Part shown: positions 29,285 through 37,201 of the stretch, piece by piece
Numbering within the stretch: position 1 is the stretch's first letter
Layout of the letters: each line of letters starts with the position of its first letter
Virus record (IMG/VR): IMGVR_UViG_3300013947_000027
Coordinates: 1-64,000 of that record
From: a virus
Taxonomy: Duplodnaviria; Caudoviricetes
Direction: 5' to 3' (one strand)
DNA: 64,000 bases
The notes under the pieces: generated by a model
What the model saw: the letters and a program-made list of their open reading frames with translations, nothing else
What the model was told of the DNA's origin: nothing
Database searches by the model: none
Translations under genes and position numbers: made by a program

Positions 29285-29632
29285 TTAATCTTGGGAGTAT
29301 CGTTCTCCATTAAACTCTCCTTTCAGTCGTAATGCCAAGTGAGCATCTCTAGCTACTTGCTGGTACAATTGTCGATTAGCTTTTAAGCGGCTGGTTAAGT
29401 CGAAACCAGTTCCACTTTCAAAGTTATCGAAATACTTACGATATCTGCTTTTGTTGTAAGCTTCAGGTGCTGAGTTTCTTAACTCAAGAAGTTGTCGGGT
29501 GTTTGCGTCGTATTGGAAGTCACTTAAGATGTTTTCATTGAGCTCGTAATATGCGTAGGAATTAACGAGGATACTTCGTTGGAGGAGTTGAATCTTTTGC
29601 TTGTCGGTAAAGTTCTTAGTAGAGAAATCCAT
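29285..29632 (-). CDS. Stand-alone protein resembling NAD-dependent DNA ligase domain Ia
   Basis: NSYAYYELNENILSDFQYD matches the LigA Ia pattern H..YY..D.P.ISD.EYD; no KxDG motif. Confidence 0.6.
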   Translation of the reverse strand: MDFSTKNFTDKQKIQLLQRSILVNSYAYYELNENILSDFQYDANTRQLLELRNSAPEAYNKSRYRKYFDNFESGTGFDLTSRLKANRQLYQQVARDAHLALRLKGEFNGERYSQD

Positions 29633-29637
29633 AGGCT

Positions 29638-30192
29638 TTAGTCAAGTCGAACCACAAAGCCCTTGCTAGAGCTAGAATCCTTTGTGAGCGCTTCTCTGAT
29701 AGAGCCATAGATCTTGGACGTATTGTCAAGATCCTTGTTGAACTTCTCGAGAATATCATCAAGATTGTCGTCGAACTTTTCAAGAGCAGTCTTCTTAGCG
29801 GCTTCCTCAACGTCCTTACGAACCTTAGAAGCATCAATCTTACTAGCAGAGACCGTGATTTCCTTCAGGACAGAATCCTTGATAGAGTCATACTCCTTGT
29901 CGACTTCTCTCTGAACTTTAGTATGAATATCATTCTTAACTTGACCAATAGCTTCTCTCGTGGCAGCCTCCACAGCTCGTCTCGCTTCATTCTTAGCCGC
30001 TTCCTCGACTGCCTTGTCAATCAGCTTCTCGGGAATATCAAATTCCACGTTATCGGCAAGATCATTGATACTTCGATCGAGTCTTTCACTGATTTTAGCC
30101 ATCTTGTTATGAGTTCCGATAGCATAGCCGATACCTACCAGTCCAGCAACGCCGAAGAGAATTCCAAATAGATCGTTCTTAGCCATGTTCAA
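29638..30192 (-). CDS. Membrane-anchored coiled-coil protein
   Basis: N-terminal TM followed by long helical repeats. Confidence 0.65.
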   Translation of the reverse strand: MNMAKNDLFGILFGVAGLVGIGYAIGTHNKMAKISERLDRSINDLADNVEFDIPEKLIDKAVEEAAKNEARRAVEAATREAIGQVKNDIHTKVQREVDKEYDSIKDSVLKEITVSASKIDASKVRKDVEEAAKKTALEKFDDNLDDILEKFNKDLDNTSKIYGSIREALTKDSSSSKGFVVRLD

Positions 30193-30229
30193 TTTCTCCT
30201 TTCATTCGTAAAGATCGAATCCTTTAACT

Positions 30230-30538
30230 TTAGCTGTGTAACATTGTTTCCCATCCTAAACAGTTAACTTCAACGATATGATTTTCCATGTAATCTGTCT
30301 CGAATAGCATCTTTTCAAAAGCTCGCCATTCGTCCATAACATAGATGAACTTCTTTTTGAAGTCCTTCAGAGCTTCTTCTTTTGTTTCGCCATAGCCAGT
30401 AATATCAAAGAAGTTATGACTCCACACGTCATGCTCCATATTATAAAATTCCGGCTCTGTGATACCTACTTCGTGAGATTTACTTTTCTCCTTTCCATCA
30501 TTGTGGTGAGTTAAACTGATCATAGCTGCTCCTTTCAA
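30230..30538 (-). CDS. Hypothetical protein
   Basis: GYGETKEEAL (HicB-like G.T.EEA motif). Confidence 0.5.
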   Translation of the reverse strand: MKGAAMISLTHHNDGKEKSKSHEVGITEPEFYNMEHDVWSHNFFDITGYGETKEEALKDFKKKFIYVMDEWRAFEKMLFETDYMENHIVEVNCLGWETMLHS

Positions 30539-31206
30539 AGTTTGTCGATGTGCATTGCAAGTTTACCTCTATAGCTGATTGGCAGCTCACATTTGATATA
30601 ACCTTCAAAGCCTTCCATGTGTTGGATGAGCTGATTGAAGCCAGATTTATGAATCGGTACATCCGTTTGTGCTTGGCACCCAATACAGATTACCTTGCAG
30701 TTGTCATAGCATCTGGAAAGAATTCGCTTGATGATAGGAATACTCATGTTCTGACATTCGTCAATGATAACAACTTGCCGCTCGAGATTGATGCCTCGCA
30801 TAAAGGTAGCAGAGTGTGCTTCAAGCCAAGCAGTTCCATTCTTATTTGAAATATCGGAAGAGATTGCTTGTGTTGGGATAATGTTGCACTTGACCAAAGC
30901 CTGGTAAAGAGGTCCAAGGTAGTCTGCCTCTTTGTCACTTGTGCTGCCAGGTCTGTAGCCCAGGGACGATTCTTCTATTACCGGAAAGATAAACGTAGCC
31001 GAGTCATATCTATGATCTCGATTGATCAGAAGATTTGCACAAGCAATAGACAGAAGCGTTTTACCAGAACCAGCAGTTGCATCTGCCAGAATGAAATTAT
31101 ACTCATCGCTCATGATCGCATCTACGAATTTCTGCTGATCCTCATTGAGTACAAATCCATAAAAAATATCATCCTTGTTCTTTCTGTTGCCAGCCTTTGC
31201 TGCCAT
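30535..31206 (-). CDS. phoH: PhoH-family ATPase
   Basis: AGSGKT, LGYRPG, FMRGIN, IIDECQN, Q.D. Confidence 0.9.
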   Translation of the reverse strand: MAAKAGNRKNKDDIFYGFVLNEDQQKFVDAIMSDEYNFILADATAGSGKTLLSIACANLLINRDHRYDSATFIFPVIEESSLGYRPGSTSDKEADYLGPLYQALVKCNIIPTQAISSDISNKNGTAWLEAHSATFMRGINLERQVVIIDECQNMSIPIIKRILSRCYDNCKVICIGCQAQTDVPIHKSGFNQLIQHMEGFEGYIKCELPISYRGKLAMHIDKL

Positions 31207-31232
31207 AGTCTTTTCTCCTTTCGTTGTCAGAC

Positions 31233-31272
31233 AAAAATAAAAAGGAAGAGAGACACATAGTATCTCCCCTCC
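31233..31272 (-). terminator. Hairpin plus U-tract directly after motif 31293 (empty cassette or attenuator)
   Basis: GGAGGGGAGATAC-TAT-GTGTCTCTCTTCC-TTTTT. Confidence 0.7.
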
Positions 31273-31445
31273 ATAATATAGCGTGTAAATTTCGCGAATT
31301 ATGCTTCAGATTCTTTTCCCTTTACCGCCAAAGTAATTCTTGCAATGCCACCTGCAATAACTCCGATAACAATTGCCGTTCTGATCGGATGCTCGAGCAG
31401 AGTGTTAATTACTTCTTTCATTTTAGGTCCTCCTTGAAATATAAA

Positions 31446-32672
31446 TTAGGTGATCCATTTATTCAGCCAGCGGCCTTCATTGAATATTTTCTTTTCTTTG
31501 AGAGCTCTGCTAATTGCAATGTCAATGCTGGCTCGTGATTTGAGGTGATAGTAGTAGAGGTCGATGAATTTGGTATTGAGCCTATCCACACGACCTGCCG
31601 CCTGAGTCATAACTTTATAGCTATAATTTTGACTATAAAATATAATTGTGTCTGTAGTTATGCAATTCCAGCCTTCGCAGCCTGAAGTATACTGAGTTAG
31701 ATAGACCCATTTGCTTCCTGTCGGAACAGGCTGATGAGCGTGACCAGACCATTCAGCAATTTTTGTGCCTTCTGCATAGCCAAGGTTTAGAAGAATTTCT
31801 CGTTCATAGTCGAAGTTATAAAATACAATTGCTTTCGGATGGTCTTCCATCAACTCAAGTAGAGCCACTTGCCTAGAATCATCTTCATTGACTATCCTAC
31901 GCAAAACATAGCATAGACTGGATGCTTGCTGAATAGGCTCATCTTTATATGGATTCCAGCGTTTCTTAAAAACATCTTTGTAGAATTGAACATCGTAATT
32001 GCAGTAAACATCTTCATGATGAGGTTTTGTATGACGCTGAACAGTCATGTCGATAAGAATTCTATTACGCAATCGATCAAGGCGCTGTGTCCCGATATAA
32101 CGTTCGATCTGAGGAAATTTTGCAAATCTAGAATATACAACGTGTTCTCTTTGGAATTCTGTTTTGTTTTTGTAGAAACCATTCGCTACAAATACAGCCC
32201 AATAATCCATATAGGTATCACCAGGAGTTGCTGAAAGGATAATCCAATCGTTATTCTTGGCTATTTTGAGAAACGCTTTTACCCAAGCTCCTGAACCTGT
32301 CACACGATCCTCATCTAGGAGAAAGAAAGCCCCTTTGATCTCAGCGTATTTCTTAATATTGTTCCAGCTATCGACAACGACTTTGTTTTTGTAGTAATTT
32401 GTCTCCGGATTAGTGGATAGTCGATAATGTGCTAATTCACCGTCCCATTCGAGAGAATCACGCTTTTTTGCTGTGGTAATGATATAAAGATCTTTTGGAT
32501 TCTTCATAGGAGTATAGTCAGAACCTTCTATCCATCCGCCATTCTCTTTAAAATAGTAGAAGAGTCCGGTACGAGATTTGCCAGATCCGACACTTCCATT
32601 TAATATTGAACCGTTTCTAGCTTTCTTGACCGCTTCCATTTGAAAATCATATAAAAAGGGTTTTGTGCTCAC
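31446..32672 (-). CDS. Superfamily 2 helicase
   Basis: GSGKS, LLDE, LSATPG, QAAGRVDR. Confidence 0.88.
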   Translation of the reverse strand: MSTKPFLYDFQMEAVKKARNGSILNGSVGSGKSRTGLFYYFKENGGWIEGSDYTPMKNPKDLYIITTAKKRDSLEWDGELAHYRLSTNPETNYYKNKVVVDSWNNIKKYAEIKGAFFLLDEDRVTGSGAWVKAFLKIAKNNDWIILSATPGDTYMDYWAVFVANGFYKNKTEFQREHVVYSRFAKFPQIERYIGTQRLDRLRNRILIDMTVQRHTKPHHEDVYCNYDVQFYKDVFKKRWNPYKDEPIQQASSLCYVLRRIVNEDDSRQVALLELMEDHPKAIVFYNFDYEREILLNLGYAEGTKIAEWSGHAHQPVPTGSKWVYLTQYTSGCEGWNCITTDTIIFYSQNYSYKVMTQAAGRVDRLNTKFIDLYYYHLKSRASIDIAISRALKEKKIFNEGRWLNKWIT

Positions 32673-33247
32673 TCATCTTTCACCGGCCATTCATATCCAA
32701 AATCAGTTCTTTTAATTTTACATACTGGTTCGCCATCAAGCCAGAAAACCAGACCCTCCGCTTTATGCTTATTAAGCCAATTAGATACAGATTCAAAAGT
32801 GCGACCTACATCGGCTGTCATTTTACCATGCTGTACAAGCATGTCAGTAAATAAACCATATGGATTGCCTTGGAAATGCGGACCAATCGCCTCATATGTT
32901 CCATCATGGAGACCATACCCAATGGGCATTTCGGTAGTACGCTTCGCTTGCACAAACCATTTATCTGCTGGGTTATTCTCATTAACTTCAACCCAATGCG
33001 GCCAATGACCTGTTACCGGATCTGGATCACAGCAAGGAATCGCTCCTTCAGGTGGTTTCTTTCCTTTCTTAGCATCGTATCTTTTATAGAACCTGCCGTC
33101 GATAATTGCGCAGCAAGCCCCGTCAATCTTTACGGTAGCATCACCTTTCAAAAAAGCTTCTTCGCAGCCTTCCGTGATCACAGGAACAATATCAATAATG
33201 CTATGGTCATAAAAGACACGTTTAAACAATGTAGGAATCTTTTTCAT
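32669..33247 (-). CDS. ATP-dependent RNA ligase-like nucleotidyltransferase (DUF5565-like)
   Basis: ATVKIDG (KxDG), TYEAIG, EGLVF, KIKR. Confidence 0.65.
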   Translation of the reverse strand: MKKIPTLFKRVFYDHSIIDIVPVITEGCEEAFLKGDATVKIDGACCAIIDGRFYKRYDAKKGKKPPEGAIPCCDPDPVTGHWPHWVEVNENNPADKWFVQAKRTTEMPIGYGLHDGTYEAIGPHFQGNPYGLFTDMLVQHGKMTADVGRTFESVSNWLNKHKAEGLVFWLDGEPVCKIKRTDFGYEWPVKDE

Positions 33248-33629
33248 TTTTTATTCTCCTTTTCAAAAATAAAGAGAGGCCGTTAAGCCCCTCACTTTTC
33301 ACGCTGCTCATTTGCAGCATATTTGAGTTTCTTAATATAGTAATCAAGTACATCATTGCAACCTTTTGCATAGCCAGACGTATTAATTTTATACTTTCCT
33401 TCCTCCGCATCCTTGATCCATTCGTCAACATCAATAGTAATTTTTCTCATAGTTGTCCTTCCTTAATAATCAGTTCCTTTAGGAACTTCCAGTATTTTTC
33501 ATATGCGGTTTTAATGTCAATCTCTTGACTATACCCAGCTGTAAAACCAGCGCTATAAATTTCAAATGCCATATGTTTCATACCATTTATTTCATTTGAA
33601 GTTAAATTAGAATACATTTGTAGAACCTC

Positions 33630-35408
33630 CTACATATACAACTTCCCATTATACGGTCGTCGTTCTTCAATCATTTTATACCAGCATGAACTATGAAGAT
33701 ACTGCTTCAGTCCAGTCCTTGTAACGATCATCTCTGCATCGTAATCATCAGGACGAGCCTTGAGAACACCATCAGGAACTTGCTCAACATTTTCTCCACA
33801 TAACGGACATCTAGTTATTACTATCAAGTGTCTTCCCACTTTGAGTCAGCTCCTCGGATTTGTTTACTTGGGCTATTGAATAGCAGCTTGCATCAGTCGT
33901 TACTTCTACATCAAAGTAACTGCCGCCATTTGCAATACAATCATCGATCATTGCTGAAATCTCTTCAAGAAACTTCTCCTTAGTATAGTAAGCGCATCCG
34001 GAACCGTTATCCCAAGTAGACGTAGTTGTGAAAATCATAGGAATCTCCTTTCAGCGATTAAGTCTCTTCTTTACATAAAATCCAGCTGAATCTTCGTATA
34101 AGCAGTAAACATCATAGCCTTCTTCCATGTATTCGTATATTGGATAATCTAGGTTCTGCAGATCACAATTTTCTACATAAATGAAATCTTTCATGGATGG
34201 ATTATTATTACTAGTTGCATATAGAAGTCGCCAGAGTTTGGCTATATTATCCCGCTTAAGAGATTCCAAAAGTTTATTGGAATCGACAGAGCCAATCCAC
34301 AAAATGATTCCCTGATAATTGAGATCCTCACAGAAGTCATTGATATATACTTTACAGCTCATCGTAAATCTCCTTTCAATAATCCAACTGTCTAGCTTCA
34401 AATAAATTACAATAAGACGAGCTATCGGAATAGTCGTCTATGAAGTCTATTGCCGTTTCTTTTGCTATGAACTTCTCCAATCCGATAAGCTCGCCATTAA
34501 TACCTACAAGTTCAACCAAATATAATTGATTGTCCATTAGTCTAGTACAATATATCCAATAGACTCGTCACCATAGGCCATATCGAGTACTGCAGGAATA
34601 GCTTCCTTAGTAGATTTGAATTTCTCTTGGAATAACTCTTTCAACATAATCATGCCACCATCAATTTCAGGAAAGTCTTGCCGAACATTGTAAACTTCAT
34701 AGTAAATATAATCGACGTAGCCTTGATCAATATCATCGTCAGTTAAATTGTCTCTAGATCCCTCATCGATTCTGATAATTTGTTTCCTAGTTTGCACATA
34801 AATGAAAATCGCATCAAATTTATCATTAAACATAGTTCAGTCTCCTTTTTACTTGAATGGATTTGTTTTAACCCATTTAGTTAATTTATTCATTTCCTCA
34901 TCACTAACCATGAAAGAAATATGAACCAAGTCATAAGCCTCACTTGGTTCAAAGTAAATATCATTCTCTTTAAAGTATTGTTTGTAGATCTCAGCAGTTC
35001 GTTTATCTACTTGGCAACCCCAGCGTTTCTTCATTTAGTAACATTCATTTCTACAAGTCTTGTATGAGTTAATTCATAATCCCAACTAGTGCCCCAACGA
35101 CGTACTGCCCAAATATAAATGTCAAGATTCTCGTTATAAAACACTAATTCATCTGTATACTCTTTAAGAAATTTGTAGCCATATTCGGAAACGATGTAAT
35201 CTGACATTACCATTTCGTCAAAATCGCCAGCTACGATTTCCCAATCTGATAAAGTACGATCTCGTAGAGTATTGTTTAAAATGCAATCTTCTATAATGTT
35301 TGCTAGAGCTTTGAAATCTAAATATCCTTTCTCCAGACCGTAATCCGATACTGCTATTCCATAAATCTTTCCTCCATACATTTCAATGCTCTTCTCCATA
35401 ATGTCCAC
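33630..35408 (-). other. Run of small hypothetical CDS (33630-33839, 33811-34038, 34051-34401, 34537-34833, 34849-35034, 35031-35408)
   Basis: Co-oriented RBS-led ORFs. Confidence 0.55.
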
Positions 35409-35427
35409 TCCTTGTGGGTTTAGTTTT

Positions 35428-35553
35428 TGGTGTCAGAGGCAGGACTCGAACCTGCAATATCTTCTATGGCGCCCTCTTCGTTTGAAGTTCGGACCGAAAC
35501 CACGTACGAAGCACCTATTGTCTTAGCGTCTCTACCAATTCGACTACTCTGAC
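35428..35553 (-). ncRNA. 126-nt tRNA-like RNA (Leu-like acceptor, D and T arms, CCA) with the anticodon/variable region replaced by about 70 nt
   Basis: GTCAGAG/CTCTGAC-ACCA; GTC-GAATTGGTAGA-GAC; GCAGG-TTCGAGT-CCTGC. Confidence 0.8.
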
Positions 35554-35572
35554 GGAAATATAAAAATAGATT

Positions 35573-35833
35573 TCAGAGAAGCTTTTGGATTTTGTCGAGA
35601 ATCATTTTTCTACAATTCTCATCCGACAGCTTATCTTCAATAAGTTCTACAATGTACTGTTCGACAATATGAGAATTAATATTAATATCCTTGATCGGAA
35701 CGACCTACATAAGCCTACAATCTTGATCGACGAATGTTCTCGTGAAAATAAAGTGAATAGAATCGTCGAACTTCCAATAACCGAAATGACACCGGATGTC
35801 ACGTTCTTTGCAGAGTTCAAAAATCTTTTCCAT
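35573..35833 (-). pseudogene. 86-codon ORF interrupted by an in-frame TAG at codon 43
   Basis: AAAGGAG RBS; MEKIFELC..CRLM*VVPIKD..KIQKLL; TAG at 35705-35707. Confidence 0.55.
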
Positions 35834-35935
35834 AAAAATCTCCTTTCAATTCCATATAAAATTCGCCATCCTGAAGCTAAGGGAATGTAAATAACGCTAC
35901 CTATACGAACTCACTATGATGGCAAGTTCTAATAA

Positions 35936-36012
35936 TGGTGCCGGATAAGGAATTCGAATCCTTACTGTACGGAGCTTAAATCCGTTGCCTCTTCCGATTG
36001 GGCTAATCCGGC
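35936..36012 (-). tRNA. tRNA-Leu(TAA) with a short variable region
   Basis: GCCGGAT/ATCCGGC-ACCA; anticodon arm ACGGA-TTTAAGC-TCCGT; T-arm AAGGA-TTCGAAT-TCCTT. Confidence 0.85.
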
Positions 36013-36058
36013 AAATATAAAAGCCGCTATTTATATACATAGGGCGGCTAGTCCTATA

Positions 36059-36134
36059 TGGCAGAGATGGCAGGATTTGAACCTACGAATACTAGAGTCA
36101 AAGTCTAGTGCCTTAACCACTTGGCAACATCTCT
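36059..36134 (-). tRNA. tRNA-Gln(TTG)
   Basis: AGAGATG/CATCTCT-GCCA; CTAGA-CTTTGAC-TCTAG. Confidence 0.9.
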
Positions 36135-36137
36135 ATC

Positions 36138-36214
36138 TGGTGGGCCCTCTGGTACTCGAAACCAGAACCGTCCGGTTATGAGCCGGGTGCTCTAACCAAT
36201 TGAGCTAAGGGCCC
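36138..36214 (-). tRNA. tRNA with CAT anticodon (Ile2-like; elongator Met not excluded)
   Basis: GGGCCCT/AGGGCCC-ACCA; CCGG-CTCATAA-CCGG; the 5' half resembles bacterial lysidine tRNA-Ile2. Confidence 0.85.
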
Positions 36215-36220
36215 AAATAT

Positions 36221-36305
36221 AAAAAGAAGAGTATGGGTTGCGGCCCAACGGTGCCGAACTCAACCGATTCGATTTTACTCGAATTCCGTATATCATACTC
36301 TTCTC
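36221..36305 (-). ncRNA. Structured small RNA D at the head of the tRNA cluster
   Basis: 11-bp closing stem AGAAGAGTATG/CATACTCTTCT; ATTCGA-GTAAAA-TCGAAT; CGGT-N10-ACCG; U-tract; motif 36326. Confidence 0.7.
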
Positions 36306-36331
36306 ATAATAGGGACTGTGAATTTCGCGAA

Positions 36332-36374
36332 TGGTCCGAGTGACAGGTCTTGAACCAATCTGAGCTACACCCGG
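36332..36374 (-). pseudogene. Internally deleted tRNA (Pro-like), D-loop fused to T-loop
   Basis: CCGGGTG-TAGCTCAGATTGG|TTCAAGACCTGT-CACTCGG-ACCA (43 nt). Confidence 0.7.
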
Positions 36375-36421
36375 AAATATAAAGAGGACCCGAGCAATTA
36401 AGCCCGAGCCCTCTTACAGGT

Positions 36422-36643
36422 TTACTTCTTCATACGATCCTGAAGATCATACACCATATCTTCAAAAACTGCCTGATCCTTACGGACAAGATCTCTATGA
36501 GTCTTGCAAGCTTCTTTGTCGATATAGCGATTAGTGAGACTGGCTTCCATGTCGTCCAGATTAAGAACCGCACCAAAAGATGCAATTCTATTCTCATCAA
36601 CGATGCTGTCAGCTACAATAGTCATTCTCATACTAGCGAGCAT
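36422..36643 (-). CDS. Hypothetical protein
   Basis: AAGGAGG RBS; terminator downstream. Confidence 0.6.
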   Translation of the reverse strand: MLASMRMTIVADSIVDENRIASFGAVLNLDDMEASLTNRYIDKEACKTHRDLVRKDQAVFEDMVYDLQDRMKK

Positions 36644-36655
36644 TTTTATACCTCC

Positions 36656-37147
36656 TTAGAACGGAACAGTCTCATCCGACATTGCATGACGAGCAGCAAA
36701 GCGGTCGATTCGCTGGACAACTTCCATAGACTGCAGGTATGCCGTACGACCAGTTCGGCCATTGACATCCCAGTCGTAAGGACGAATATCCATATCGACA
36801 GATTCGATCTCGATATTGTCCAGGCAGGCGATACTTTCTTCGTTGAGTTCATTCACACGGTCGCCAGTGCGCAGATACACATTGGGGCCATAGTTGGTAA
36901 ACTTGACCTTGACGGGAAGTCTCATGAAAGGACCTTCATCCTCATCACGACCCTCCTTGATTCTGACATTCCAACCCTCCTTAACCAGAGCGTCGGCAGT
37001 GTCTTCGTTGTCAATTCTCAGAGAGAAGTTACGATCACCTTCGCGGTTAAACTTGTCGCCTCTACCTTCAAAGTTCTTGAAAATAATCTGACGGCCGTCA
37101 ATGTCATCAATCTGAAGAATGCCCTTAGGCGCAAAAGTCACATGCAT
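36656..37147 (-). CDS. Single-stranded DNA-binding protein (phage type)
   Basis: Follows the polymerase; OB-like beta-rich body; acidic C-terminal tail DETVPF. Confidence 0.75.
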   Translation of the reverse strand: MHVTFAPKGILQIDDIDGRQIIFKNFEGRGDKFNREGDRNFSLRIDNEDTADALVKEGWNVRIKEGRDEDEGPFMRLPVKVKFTNYGPNVYLRTGDRVNELNEESIACLDNIEIESVDMDIRPYDWDVNGRTGRTAYLQSMEVVQRIDRFAARHAMSDETVPF

Positions 37148-37201
37148 AGTTAATAATCTCCTTTTAAATAATAAATTTTGTAGGTTAATAGTTTGTTGGG
37201 G

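Noticed and set aside
35860-35928. Additional small RNA (GCCATC/GATGGC inverted repeat) downstream of tRNA-Leu
   Set aside because: Only one short stem, no promoter motif, U-tract or CCA; too weak to call
35573-36214. TAG stop-codon reassignment (alternative genetic code)
   Set aside because: Long genes are intact under the standard code, TAG ends plausible genes (for example 47016 and 51459), and no CTA-anticodon tRNA is present
36221-36305. tracrRNA-like identity of RNA D (contains GGCACCG)
   Set aside because: The match is only 7 nt, with no anti-repeat or nexus structure
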